The position numbers were made by a program, and so were the translations under genes. Below, in pieces: positions 38,340-48,083 of a DNA stretch of 64,000 nt. The stretch lies in the IMG/VR virus record IMGVR_UViG_3300032283_000551, positions 1 through 64,000 of that record, one strand, 5' to 3'. The notes beneath the pieces are model-generated. The model was given only the letters and a program-made list of their open reading frames with translations. It was not told the origin of the DNA and ran no database searches. Source of the stretch: a virus. Taxonomy: Duplodnaviria; Caudoviricetes. Each line of letters opens with the position of its first letter. Positions within the stretch are counted from its first letter, which is position 1.

Positions 38340-38930
38340 ATGGCATTCAATATTGAAGAATTTCGTAGTAAAGGCCTTACAGGGGGTGGTGCAAGACCAT
38401 CCCTATTTGAGGTTGAAATTGTTGATTTTCCAATACAAGTAAATACAAATGTTTCAGAAAAATTTAAATTTACGTGTAGCGCTTCTGAAATACCTGCATC
38501 AACAATTGGGACAGTTGATGTTAGTTATTTTGGTCGTCAAATTAAATTAGCAGGCGATCGTACATTTGCTGATTGGACTGTAACTATTCAAAATGATGAA
38601 GATTTTGCAATAAGAGCTATGTTTGAAGCCTGGTCAAACCAAATTAACCAATTGGTTGCTAATAAACAACTACCTTTTGAAGGATCAGTTCCTGGTAATA
38701 ACGGTTATAAAGCCAGTGCTCTCGTAAGACAATATGGAAGATCTGGCAAAGAAAACATTCTTAGAGAATATGAATTTGTTGGAATATTTCCAACAAGTAT
38801 TGCAAATATGGCTCTTGATTGGGATGCAACAAATCGTATCCAAACATTTGACGTAACATTCTCATATGATTTTTGGATACCAACTTTACAAAACGGTATT
38901 AATATCACACCTGTTAATCCAGGATTTTAA
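38340..38930 (+). CDS. gp19: Tail tube protein gp19
   Basis: GGARPSLFEV; YFGRQIKLAGDRTF..WTVTI.NDEDF; L.WD...I..F.VTF.YD.W. Confidence 0.95.
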   Translation: MAFNIEEFRSKGLTGGGARPSLFEVEIVDFPIQVNTNVSEKFKFTCSASEIPASTIGTVDVSYFGRQIKLAGDRTFADWTVTIQNDEDFAIRAMFEAWSNQINQLVANKQLPFEGSVPGNNGYKASALVRQYGRSGKENILREYEFVGIFPTSIANMALDWDATNRIQTFDVTFSYDFWIPTLQNGINITPVNPGF

Positions 38931-38952
38931 TATATAATGATGTAATGTTTAC

Positions 38953-38982
38953 TTTAGAGGGGGTTATTCCCCTCTAAATTTT
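38953..38982 (+). terminator. Hairpin between gp19 and gp20 (terminator or translational attenuator)
   Basis: Perfect 10-bp stem TTTAGAGGGG/CCCCTCTAAA, loop GTTATT, followed by TTTT. Confidence 0.65.
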
Positions 38983-38992
38983 GGAAAATAAA

Positions 38993-40735
38993 ATGAAACT
39001 ATTCGGCTTTGAATTTAAAAGAGATATTCCTGTAGATACAGCACCATCGTTTGCTCCTCTAGAGTCTGATGATGGTGCTGTTGTTGTTGCTGCTGGTGGT
39101 TCTTATGGTACATATATTGATCTTGATGGTACTGTAAGAACTGAAGCCGAATTAGTCACTAAGTATAGAGAAATGTCACTGCAGCCAGAAATTGATGCTG
39201 CAGTAGATGAAATTGTCAATGAATCGATTGATATTGATGAAGAAACAATAGTTGATATTGATCTTGATGATATAGAAATATCCGATAAACTTAAAAAAGT
39301 TATCCGTGAAGAATTTCAAAATGTTCTTAGTCTATTAGATTTTAATAGAAGAGCATATGAAACATATCGTCGTTGGTATATTGATGGTAGACTTTATTAT
39401 CACGTTGTAATCGATGAAACTGATACGAAAGCCGGTATTAAAGAACTTCGGTATGTTGATCCACGAAAGATCAGAAAAATTCGTGAAGTTGCTAAACGAA
39501 AAGTTCCAGGTGGTGATGGTGGTGTTGCAGTAATACCAAAAACTCAAAATGAATATTTTATTTTTAATGACAAAGGTTTTAATTACGGTAATAAAGTTGT
39601 TGGACCTTCGACTACCGGTTTAAAGATTGCTAAAGATTCTATTGTACATGTGATGTCTGGTTTGACGGATACACAAGGTACAATGGTTCTTTCATATATG
39701 CATAAAGCAATTAAGGCGTTAAATCAATTACGCACACTAGAAGACGCATTGGTCATTTATCGTCTTGCTCGTGCTCCAGAACGTCGTATTTGGTATATTG
39801 ATGTCGGTAATCTGCCTAAGATGAAGGCAGAACAATATGTTCGCGATATTATGGTCAAGCACAAGAATCGTTTGATTTATGATGGTTCTACCGGTGAAGT
39901 TCGTGATGATAGAAAATTCATGACAATGCTTGAAGATTACTGGCTACCTCGTAGAGAAGGTGGTCGTGGTACTGAAGTCACTACACTTCCTGGCGGTCAA
40001 ACTCTTGGTGAAATGGATGACGTTTTATATTTCCAAAAGAAATTATATCAAACATTAAATGTACCAGTCAATCGTTTAAACTCTGATGCTTTATTCTCAA
40101 TTGGCAGAGCAACAGAAGTTACAAGAGATGAAGTGAAGTTCTCCAAATTTATTACTCGTTTGCGTTCCAGATTTTCCACATTATTCACTCATGTATTGGA
40201 AAAACAATTAGTACTCAAACAAATCATGAGTATTGAAGATTGGGAACAAATTGAAACCAAAATTAAATATAAATTTGCTAAAGATAATTATTTTACAGAA
40301 CTAAAAGATGCCGAAGTACTTCAAAATAGAACTCAGTTAATGATGACTATGGAACAAGGTGGATTAATTGGTAAATATTATTCACATCAATGGACTCGTA
40401 GAAATATTCTGCAACAATCTGATGATGATATTGAAGAACAAGATAAAGAAATAAATATTGAGATTGAATCAGGCGATCCTCGTTGGATGAGTCCGGAACA
40501 GCAACAACAAGAAATGATGGATCAACAAAATCAACAAACCATGATGGGTCAGCAACAATCTGATGGTGCTGCCGATACTGATGCTGGATCTTCAACTGAT
40601 CCAGATAAAGCTGAAAAACTACGCCAAGCAGAATTGACTATTAAGCAAATGAAAGAAAGGGGTGCTGATAACCGTTCTATTCAAGATGAATCTAAATATA
40701 AATCAGCTCTCCAAATTGTAGCAAGAAATAAATAG
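38993..40735 (+). CDS. gp20: Portal protein gp20
   Basis: WYIDGR.YYH; YRLARAPERRIWYIDVGNLPKMKAEQY; MLEDYWLPRREGGRGTE..TLPGGQ.LG. Confidence 0.96.
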   Translation: MKLFGFEFKRDIPVDTAPSFAPLESDDGAVVVAAGGSYGTYIDLDGTVRTEAELVTKYREMSLQPEIDAAVDEIVNESIDIDEETIVDIDLDDIEISDKLKKVIREEFQNVLSLLDFNRRAYETYRRWYIDGRLYYHVVIDETDTKAGIKELRYVDPRKIRKIREVAKRKVPGGDGGVAVIPKTQNEYFIFNDKGFNYGNKVVGPSTTGLKIAKDSIVHVMSGLTDTQGTMVLSYMHKAIKALNQLRTLEDALVIYRLARAPERRIWYIDVGNLPKMKAEQYVRDIMVKHKNRLIYDGSTGEVRDDRKFMTMLEDYWLPRREGGRGTEVTTLPGGQTLGEMDDVLYFQKKLYQTLNVPVNRLNSDALFSIGRATEVTRDEVKFSKFITRLRSRFSTLFTHVLEKQLVLKQIMSIEDWEQIETKIKYKFAKDNYFTELKDAEVLQNRTQLMMTMEQGGLIGKYYSHQWTRRNILQQSDDDIEEQDKEINIEIESGDPRWMSPEQQQQEMMDQQNQQTMMGQQQSDGAADTDAGSSTDPDKAEKLRQAELTIKQMKERGADNRSIQDESKYKSALQIVARNK

Positions 40736-40744
40736 GAGTGAATA

Positions 40745-40975
40745 ATGACAGAGATTGAATATAGACTGGCGGATCTTATTAACTTTAGTTCTAGCCAAAA
40801 GCCTATTGAATTTGCAGATGCATTTAAGTCTATTATAACAGATAGAATTTCATCAGCAATTGAAGCTCAAAAAGCCGATATTGCAAAATCAATATTTAAT
40901 AATGATGGCCCTGAAGATGACGAAGATGATGAAGACTTTTTTGATGATGAAGACGATTTTGATTCAGAAGAGTAA
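40745..40975 (+). CDS. Prohead core protein, gp67-like
   Basis: Position after portal; short helix followed by an acidic tail. Confidence 0.6.
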   Translation: MTEIEYRLADLINFSSSQKPIEFADAFKSIITDRISSAIEAQKADIAKSIFNNDGPEDDEDDEDFFDDEDDFDSEE

Positions 40976-40986
40976 GGAAAACCAAA

Positions 40987-41790
40987 ATGCCTAAGTTATT
41001 AAAAGATATTCTAAACGGCGTAAAGAAATCAAAGATAGTTCCAGGTTCTACTGGTTCAGATCCTGGTGTAGACTATGCTCCAAAAGCTCCAAACGAACAA
41101 GAGTTTGTAAAGAAGCATGAGCGTGAAAAACACGAAGATCGTGTTGGAAATGGTGACGACATTTATCAAGCCACTAATATTAAACATTCCCAAAACGATG
41201 AACCAAAGCATGGTTACAAGAAGCCACAAGATAAAAATGTAAATGAAGCCGCAAAGTGCAACATGACCGAGGAAGGTGTTTCTTGTCCAGTACATGAAAT
41301 GGCCGATTGCTCTAAGGCGACAAAGACTCTTAGAGAAGTTGCTAAGAATCCATATGCTATTGGTATGGCAGTTGCTATGAAAAGTACAGGTGATAAACCA
41401 CCTCTTGCAAAATCAACAATTGTAAAAGCACATGATATTGCTAAGTCAATTAAAAAGGAAGATCTAGCTGCTCCTCTACTTGGTGGTAAAGATGATGATG
41501 AATCTGCTGAAATGGCCAAGACACAACTTCGTGCACTTGCAAATAAAGCACTTCATCTTGCTATGCAGCTAGGTGATGAACAAGTAGTTGAACCATGGGT
41601 CCAAGCAAAGATTGCAGTAGCTAAGGATAACGTGACTGCAGTTCATGATTATATGGTCTATGGCGAACATTCAAAAAACAAAGAAAATGAACAAACTGCC
41701 CCATATGAAGGTGGTATCGATATGTCCGGCGCACCTAGAAATTCATATCCGGATTTTTCAGCGGATGTAAATACAGGAAGAGTAGTTTAA
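40987..41790 (+). CDS. Prohead core/internal head protein (gp68-region)
   Basis: Lies between portal and protease; K/E-rich; NPYAIGMA.A and EPWVQAKIA motifs seen in T4-like head-region proteins. Confidence 0.5.
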   Translation: MPKLLKDILNGVKKSKIVPGSTGSDPGVDYAPKAPNEQEFVKKHEREKHEDRVGNGDDIYQATNIKHSQNDEPKHGYKKPQDKNVNEAAKCNMTEEGVSCPVHEMADCSKATKTLREVAKNPYAIGMAVAMKSTGDKPPLAKSTIVKAHDIAKSIKKEDLAAPLLGGKDDDESAEMAKTQLRALANKALHLAMQLGDEQVVEPWVQAKIAVAKDNVTAVHDYMVYGEHSKNKENEQTAPYEGGIDMSGAPRNSYPDFSADVNTGRVV

Positions 41791-42032
41791 TGAATATTAT
41801 CAAGCCAACATCTAGTCAAATTTCATTAACAACTGCCAATACAATTAGCAATTCTCAAATTGTTTATATTAGTGCAACCGCAGCTGCTGTAATTACTGTA
41901 GCAAATAGTGGTGGTACTATTGGCACATTTACACTACCTGCAAACCAATATATCTGGGTTGCTAAAACTCCTTCTGATACAATTGCTGCTAACGTTGCAG
42001 TATTTGCTACAGCTGCGGCATATAGAGGGTAA
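41790..42032 (+). CDS. Small hypothetical head-region protein
   Basis: TAATG coupling with the upstream gene; 80 aa, beta-rich. Confidence 0.55.
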   Translation: MNIIKPTSSQISLTTANTISNSQIVYISATAAAVITVANSGGTIGTFTLPANQYIWVAKTPSDTIAANVAVFATAAAYRG

Positions 42033-42033
42033 G

Positions 42034-42717
42034 ATGAAACTTATTACCGAACTAACAGAAGCAATTGATTTTGAAACTCAACTTGATGAAGCAACTGGTA
42101 GAAAGCAACATCATATTCACGGTCGCTTTCTTGTTGCTGAAGAACAAAATAAAAATGGCCGTGTATATCCAATGTCTGTATTGGAAAATGCAGTAAATAA
42201 ATATAATGAAAGCCATATTAAAACAAATCGTGGTTACGGTGAATTAGGTCACCCTGCCGGTCCACAGATTAATTTAGATCGTGTATCCCATCTTATTGTT
42301 GAATTAAAGAGAGATGGTAAGAGTAATTATTTTATTGGTAAAGCAAAGTTGACTGATACTCCTATGGGTAACATTGCTAGAGGTCTTCTTGATTCTGGTG
42401 CTAATTTAGGTGTTTCTTCTCGTGGTATGGGAAGTCTTCAATCAGAAAATGGGGTGATGATTGTACAACCTGATTTTCATCTTGCAACTGCAGCTGATAT
42501 TGTAGCTGATCCATCTGCACCTAATGCTTTTGTAAAAGGTGTTATGGAAAATGTTGATTGGGTTTATGATGCGACTAATGATTCTTGGTATCAAGAGAAA
42601 CTACATGAAACACGTAAACAATTAAGAACTATGCGTATGGACGAAATTGAACATAATAAACTTGCTATTTTTGAAGGTTTCGTCAAGTCTTTATCGTCAA
42701 AAACAAATTTGTTATAA
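42034..42717 (+). CDS. gp21: Prohead protease gp21
   Basis: MKLITE start at 42034; NGRVYP, GELGHP, GVSSRG.GSL, ADIVADPSAP.AFV.G.ME. Confidence 0.95.
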   Translation: MKLITELTEAIDFETQLDEATGRKQHHIHGRFLVAEEQNKNGRVYPMSVLENAVNKYNESHIKTNRGYGELGHPAGPQINLDRVSHLIVELKRDGKSNYFIGKAKLTDTPMGNIARGLLDSGANLGVSSRGMGSLQSENGVMIVQPDFHLATAADIVADPSAPNAFVKGVMENVDWVYDATNDSWYQEKLHETRKQLRTMRMDEIEHNKLAIFEGFVKSLSSKTNLL

Positions 42718-42720
42718 ATA
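42713..42720 (+). promoter_or_regulatory. Late promoter TATAAATA upstream of gp22
   Basis: Exact consensus. Confidence 0.8.
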
Positions 42721-42751
42721 AAACAAATAGAATGTAAGGGAGACCTTTTTA

Positions 42752-44005
42752 ATGTCAACAGAAAATAACGATCAATTTGAAGAACTTGATGAAGGTAAGT
42801 GGGATTATCCTAAGAGTATGACCCAAACCAAAACGACTTCTGACGCGGGTTCTACCAACGCTGCGGATAATAGAGAAAGACGTAAAGCTTTTAGAAAGAA
42901 AATGAAAGCCATACAGCATAAAGAACTAATGAGTGGTAAGCAAAAGCAACCGGTTGAAGAATCAATTGCCTCAGAAACTTTGAAGGCAGATTCACGCTCT
43001 GATGATTCAAATCCAAAGTCAAAGATTGCAGCTATTAATGCGGTCATTGGTTCGATGAATGCTATGAGTAGTGATGAACTTACAAAGTGGTATACAAGTG
43101 CTATGGCTCTTATTGGTAAGGAAGCTTCTGCTCTACCAGGATCAGCAAATTCAGATTCAAATAAAAGTTCATTGAATATGAAAGATTCAGCTGCTGTTGG
43201 TAGTGGTGGTGCATCTGCCGCCGATCCAATGCCAAAGTTAGACCATAAAAATAATCCTCTTGCTTCGATGAAGGAAGATGTAGAAGAAATGTTTGTTGGT
43301 ACAGACCTATCCGAAGAGTTCAAGGATAAGGCAACAACTCTATTTGAAGCAGCAGTAAATGCACGTGCAACACTTGAAATTGCTCGTCTTGAAGAAGAAT
43401 TTGAAACTGCATATGAAGAAAGACTTGAGGAAGAAGTTGCCTCAATTGTTGAAAATGTAGAAACTAATCTTGATACTTACCTAGATTATATTGTAGAAAA
43501 GTGGATGGAAGATAATCAAGTTGCTATTGAATCTTCTCTTCGCAATGAAATTATGGAAGAATTTATTGGTGGTCTAAAAGGCCTATTTGCTGAACATTAC
43601 ATCAATGTCCCTGAAGAAAAAATCGATGTAATTGAAGCTATGGCACAAAAGATTGAAACTCTAGAAAATGCATTAAACGAATCTATCAATGATGCCAATG
43701 AGCTTAAATCAGTACTTGCTGAAGCTAAAATGTCATCATTGGTTGATGAATTGTCAGAAGGTTTAACAATGTCTCAAGCAGAGAAGTTTGCTGCTCTTGC
43801 TGAAGGTGTGAGCTTTGATGGCAATTTTAACTCTTACAAATCAAAACTTGAAATGGTTAAAGAGACATATTTCTCAATGAAGCCAAAGACTTCAAATATT
43901 GAGGAAGAAACTTTTGAAAGTGATGATGAAAGTGTGAATACCGTAAGTATGGATCCACATGTAAGTAATTATGTCCGTGCAATTGCTAGAACAACTAAGA
44001 AATAA
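42752..44005 (+). CDS. gp22: Prohead scaffolding protein gp22
   Basis: LSEEFKDKA.T.FEAAV; YLDY.VE.WM..N..AIE..LR.EI.EEFI.GLK.LF.EHYI..PEEK. Confidence 0.92.
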   Translation: MSTENNDQFEELDEGKWDYPKSMTQTKTTSDAGSTNAADNRERRKAFRKKMKAIQHKELMSGKQKQPVEESIASETLKADSRSDDSNPKSKIAAINAVIGSMNAMSSDELTKWYTSAMALIGKEASALPGSANSDSNKSSLNMKDSAAVGSGGASAADPMPKLDHKNNPLASMKEDVEEMFVGTDLSEEFKDKATTLFEAAVNARATLEIARLEEEFETAYEERLEEEVASIVENVETNLDTYLDYIVEKWMEDNQVAIESSLRNEIMEEFIGGLKGLFAEHYINVPEEKIDVIEAMAQKIETLENALNESINDANELKSVLAEAKMSSLVDELSEGLTMSQAEKFAALAEGVSFDGNFNSYKSKLEMVKETYFSMKPKTSNIEEETFESDDESVNTVSMDPHVSNYVRAIARTTKK

Positions 44006-44010
44006 TTTTA

Positions 44011-44018
44011 TATAAATA
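44011..44018 (+). promoter_or_regulatory. Late promoter TATAAATA upstream of gp23
   Basis: Exact consensus. Confidence 0.85.
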
Positions 44019-44047
44019 AACTAAACCTACAAAGAAAGGGAAATAAA

Positions 44048-45445
44048 ATGTTTTTACAAGAAGAAATTCAGAAGAAGTGGTCACCAATTCTTGACCATGC
44101 CGATCTTCCATCAATCAAGGACTCACACCGCCGTTCCGTAACAGCTGTTGTTCTTGAAAATACAGAAAGAGCTCTCCGTGAAGCTTCATCTCATGGTCAA
44201 TTCCAGACCCTGACTGAAACAGCTTCAACTGGTGCATTCAATGCTATGGGTGCTTCTAGTTCAACTGCAGGCGCCGGTCCAATTGATACATTCGATCCAG
44301 TACTTATCTCACTGGTTCGTCGTTCAATGCCTAATCTAATTGCCTATGACATCTGCGGCACACAGCCAATGACTGGACCAACAGGCTTGATCTTTGCTAT
44401 GCGCTCACGTTATGGTAACTCTGCTGCTCTTGGTAATACATCTGCTGTTGGTAATACTAAGGCTGCCGGTGAAACATTCTATAACGAAGTTGATACCACA
44501 TTCTCTTCTGTAACATCTGGTGCTAACTCATTTGGCCAGAAGTTCGTTGGTACAATCCCAGGTGATACTAATACTTCTATCATGTCTGCCGTTAACGGTT
44601 ATAACACCGGTTCAGGCATGTCAACAGCTCAGGCTGAAGTACTTGGTGCCGATGGCAACACTGCTTTTGCTCAAATGGGCTTCTCAATCGAAAAGGTCAC
44701 CGTAACTGCTAAGTCACGTGCCCTCAAGGCTGAGTACACAATGGAACTGGCTCAAGACCTTAAGGCTATCCATGGTCTCGATGCCGAAACTGAACTTGCT
44801 AACATTCTTGCCGCTGAAATCCTTGCCGAAATCAACCGTGAAGTTGTTCGCACAATCAACATCACTGCCGTAACCGGCGCACAAGACAATACAACAACTG
44901 CTGGTGTATTCGATCTTGACACCGATTCAAACGGCCGTTGGTCTGTTGAAAAGTTCAAGGGTCTTATGTTCCAACTAGAACGCGAAGCTAACTACATTGC
45001 TCGTACAACCCGCCGTGGTAAGGGCAACATTGTTATCTGCTCTTCAGATGTTGCTTCTGCTCTTCAAATGGCCGGTGTTCTTGACTACGCTCCTGCCCTG
45101 AACTCAAACAACTTGCAAGTTGACGATACAGGCAATACTTTTGCTGGTGTTCTCAATGGTCGCCTAAAGGTTTATATCGACCCATATGCTCTCGGTGGTA
45201 ACTATCTGACCGTTGGTTATAAGGGTTCATCTGCCTTTGATGCCGGTCTGTTCTATTGCCCATATGTTCCACTACAAATGGTAAGAGCTAATGATCAGTC
45301 AACATTCCAACCAAAGATTGGCTTCAAGACACGTTATGGTATGGTTGCCAACCCATTCGCTCAAGGTGGTACTGTTGGTTCGGGCGCTCTGACATTCAAT
45401 ACTAACTTCTACTACCGTCGTGTGGTTGTTAACAACCTCATGTAA
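44048..45445 (+). CDS. gp23: Major capsid protein gp23
   Basis: DPVLISLVRR.MPNLIAYDICG.QPM.GPTGLIFAMR; SRALKAEYTMELAQDLKAIHGLDAE; FQPKIGFKTRYG. Confidence 0.98.
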   Translation: MFLQEEIQKKWSPILDHADLPSIKDSHRRSVTAVVLENTERALREASSHGQFQTLTETASTGAFNAMGASSSTAGAGPIDTFDPVLISLVRRSMPNLIAYDICGTQPMTGPTGLIFAMRSRYGNSAALGNTSAVGNTKAAGETFYNEVDTTFSSVTSGANSFGQKFVGTIPGDTNTSIMSAVNGYNTGSGMSTAQAEVLGADGNTAFAQMGFSIEKVTVTAKSRALKAEYTMELAQDLKAIHGLDAETELANILAAEILAEINREVVRTINITAVTGAQDNTTTAGVFDLDTDSNGRWSVEKFKGLMFQLEREANYIARTTRRGKGNIVICSSDVASALQMAGVLDYAPALNSNNLQVDDTGNTFAGVLNGRLKVYIDPYALGGNYLTVGYKGSSAFDAGLFYCPYVPLQMVRANDQSTFQPKIGFKTRYGMVANPFAQGGTVGSGALTFNTNFYYRRVVVNNLM

Positions 45446-45476
45446 TAACGAGACTGGATCCAACCAGTCCAACTAG

Positions 45477-45503
45477 AAAAGGGAGCTTCGGCTCCCTTTT
45501 TTT
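45477..45503 (+). terminator. Rho-independent terminator after gp23
   Basis: AAAAGGGAGC-TTCG-GCTCCC-TTTTTTT with a C(UUCG)G tetraloop; a second hairpin GACTGG/CCAGTC at 45452-45469 lies just upstream. Confidence 0.92.
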
Positions 45504-45509
45504 ATGTTT

Positions 45510-45517
45510 AATAAATA
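45510..45517 (+). promoter_or_regulatory. Late promoter variant upstream of gp3
   Basis: AATAAATA right after the gp23 terminator. Confidence 0.65.
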
Positions 45518-45540
45518 GATAGGTATTTTGGGAGTGTATT

Positions 45541-46062
45541 ATGACTGCAATTGATAATTCAATAGCCAATGGAAATTTTCTTTCACCGCTCAATTTTAAA
45601 TTTCAATTGAAGCGTGCTCCACATATTAACTTTTTTATTCAGACAGTTAATATACCTGGGCTTTCATTACAAGCAATTGATGTAAATAATCCATTAATTC
45701 GCGTACCATATGCTGGCGATCACTTGATGTATGATGAACTTGATATTTCGTTTAGAGTCGATGAAGATCTTCAGAATTATATGGAAATGCATGAATGGAT
45801 TCGCGCACATGGTAAACGTAGTTTTGAAGAATTTGCTGCATTAAAAAATCAACCAAAATATTCAGGTGAAGGTTTATACTCTGATATTGTTCTGACGATT
45901 TTAAAAAGCAATAAAAATCCAAATTATAGCATAGTATTTCAAGATGCATTCCCTATTTCACTATCAGGCATTGATTTTAATACAACTTTAGAGGATGTTA
46001 ATTATCTAGAAGCATCAGCAAAGTTTAGATATACTGCTTACGATATTACTAAAGTCACCTAA
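45541..46062 (+). CDS. gp3: Tail completion protein gp3
   Basis: NFLSP.NFKF...P...FF.Q..NIPG.SL; F.VDEDL.NY.E.H.W; FP.SLS.I.F. Confidence 0.88.
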   Translation: MTAIDNSIANGNFLSPLNFKFQLKRAPHINFFIQTVNIPGLSLQAIDVNNPLIRVPYAGDHLMYDELDISFRVDEDLQNYMEMHEWIRAHGKRSFEEFAALKNQPKYSGEGLYSDIVLTILKSNKNPNYSIVFQDAFPISLSGIDFNTTLEDVNYLEASAKFRYTAYDITKVT

Positions 46063-46085
46063 GTTATTAAAAAGAAATATTTTGG

Positions 46086-46114
46086 TTGACATCTTATTAA
46101 AAGTAAGATATATT
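46086..46114 (+). promoter_or_regulatory. sigma70-type promoter upstream of uvsY
   Basis: TTTGG-TTGACA-17-TATATT. Confidence 0.75.
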
Positions 46115-46140
46115 ACTAGTAATAATTGATAGGTGTTGTT

Positions 46141-46575
46141 ATGAAATTTGAAGACATATTTGAAGAATGGAAAAAAGACAGTGACATTGATAGGACCGAA
46201 TTGGGTCTAGAGAGTCTTAAAATCCCCAAACTTCACCATAAGTATTATACATATCTAGTTACCGAAAAAACAATACTAAGAAAACAAGAATCTCAATTTA
46301 AACAACTTAAACTTGCAAAGTATGAATTCTTTACACAAGGTCATACGGAAGAAACAAAGACTTTAGGGTGGGAATTACCACCTAGGGGTATAATATTAAA
46401 ACCCGATATTCCAATGTATATAGAAGCTGATAAAGACATTGTAGAACTTTCACTAAAGATTGGCGGACAACAAGAAAAAGTTGAATTTTTAGAATCAATT
46501 ATTAAGTCATTTCAGACAAGAGGCTACATCATAAAGAATGCTATTGATTTTGTGAAGTTTACAATGGGTGGATAA
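46141..46575 (+). CDS. uvsY: Recombination mediator UvsY
   Basis: IPKLHHKY; K.EF..G; I..RGY.IKNAIDF.KF..G; adjacent to uvsW. Confidence 0.88.
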   Translation: MKFEDIFEEWKKDSDIDRTELGLESLKIPKLHHKYYTYLVTEKTILRKQESQFKQLKLAKYEFFTQGHTEETKTLGWELPPRGIILKPDIPMYIEADKDIVELSLKIGGQQEKVEFLESIIKSFQTRGYIIKNAIDFVKFTMGG

Positions 46576-48014
46576 TGGAAATAGTTACAATAAAATATTA
46601 CGATGAAACTTATATCAAAGTAGATTGTGAACCATCTACAGCAATGGAAATATCAGAGTATTTCACGTTTGATGTTCCAGGCGCTAAGTTTAGTCCTGCA
46701 TATAAGAACAGAGTCTGGGATGGCAAAATTAGATTATTCAACCCCATGGCTTGTTTACTCTATGCAGGTCTCAAAGATCAACTTATAACTTTTTGTAATA
46801 GTAGACAATATACAATAGAATTTGATGGACCATTTGGTGATACCGAATTTTCATTATATGAAGCCAATCAATTTATAGAAAAACTACAAACCAAATACCC
46901 ACCAAGAGAATATCAAGTCGAAGCATTTATGCATGCCGTAAGAAAACGTAGAGGTGTTTTATTATCACCTACCGGATCCGGCAAATCACTCATCATCTAT
47001 ATGCTTTCTTGTTTTTATAGATCAAAAACACTTATTATTGTCCCGACCACTTCACTTGTTCATCAGATGGCATCTGACTTTGAAGACTATGGATTACCTA
47101 AAGGAATGATCCATAAGATCATGTCTGGCCAGGAGAAACAAACGGATCAGCCATTTGTAATTTCAACATGGCAATCAATTTTTAAATTACCTAAGCAATG
47201 GTTTCAACAGTTTGATGTAGTCATCGGTGATGAAGCACACTTATTTAAAGCTAAATCACTGACCTCAATATTAACAAAACTAAATCAATGTAAATATAGA
47301 TTTGGTTTTACCGGTACACTTGATGGTACACAAACACATAAATTAGTACTAGAAGGTTTATTTGGACCTGTTCGTAAGATCACTACAACTGCTGAACTTA
47401 TGGAACAAAAACATCTAGCGGAATTGACTATTAAAGCTTTAGTACTTAAATATCCTGATGATATTAGAAAACTTATGACTGGCGCCGATTATCAAGCAGA
47501 AATGGATTTCCTGGTAAAACACACACCTAGAAATAAGTTTATCAAAAATCTAGCATTATCACTTACTGGTAATACATTATTATTGTTCCAATATGTTGAT
47601 AAACATGGTAAAGTATTATTTGATATGATTTCCCAAGAAGTTGTTGATCGTAAAGTATTTTTTATATCGGGATCCGTGGATGGAGAGAAACGTGAAGAGA
47701 TTCGTAAGATTATTGAAACAGAAGAGAATGCTATTGTGGTTGCTAGCTATGGAACTAGCTCCACAGGTATCAACATTCGTAATTTGTCTAATGTTTTATT
47801 TGCTAGTCCTTCAAAATCTAGGGTAAGAAATCTGCAGTCTATTGGTCGTGGTCTCCGTTTGTCTGATACAAAGTCTACCGCCACACTATATGATATTGCC
47901 GATGATTTATCGTGGAAAACCAAAAAGAATCATACAATACTTCACTTCATTGAACGTATTAGAATATACAATGAAGAGAAATTTAAATACAAAACCTACA
48001 ATATAGACCTATAA
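46575..48014 (+). CDS. uvsW: SF2 DNA helicase UvsW
   Basis: SPTGSGKSLIIY, IVPTTSLV.QM, GDEAHLFKAKSL, GFTGTLDG, QSIGRGLR. Confidence 0.95.
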   Translation: MEIVTIKYYDETYIKVDCEPSTAMEISEYFTFDVPGAKFSPAYKNRVWDGKIRLFNPMACLLYAGLKDQLITFCNSRQYTIEFDGPFGDTEFSLYEANQFIEKLQTKYPPREYQVEAFMHAVRKRRGVLLSPTGSGKSLIIYMLSCFYRSKTLIIVPTTSLVHQMASDFEDYGLPKGMIHKIMSGQEKQTDQPFVISTWQSIFKLPKQWFQQFDVVIGDEAHLFKAKSLTSILTKLNQCKYRFGFTGTLDGTQTHKLVLEGLFGPVRKITTTAELMEQKHLAELTIKALVLKYPDDIRKLMTGADYQAEMDFLVKHTPRNKFIKNLALSLTGNTLLLFQYVDKHGKVLFDMISQEVVDRKVFFISGSVDGEKREEIRKIIETEENAIVVASYGTSSTGINIRNLSNVLFASPSKSRVRNLQSIGRGLRLSDTKSTATLYDIADDLSWKTKKNHTILHFIERIRIYNEEKFKYKTYNIDL

Positions 48015-48034
48015 TTATTGTTTCCTCACTACTG

Positions 48035-48062
48035 ATTATATACACATTTGAAAAAATGTCAA
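48035..48062 (-). promoter_or_regulatory. sigma70-type promoter antisense to uvsW
   Basis: Minus strand TTTTTTGG-TTGACA-16-TATAAT. Confidence 0.6.
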
Positions 48063-48083
48063 CCAAAAAAATGGAGATATACC

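Noticed and set aside
41908-42033. N-terminal extension of gp21 given by the ORF track
   Set aside because: It overlaps the 80-aa upstream gene; the family-typical start MKLITE is at 42034.
34467-45445. Introns or inteins in terminase, sheath, portal or capsid genes
   Set aside because: All are continuous ORFs of typical length with no intein C/HN motifs or interruptions.
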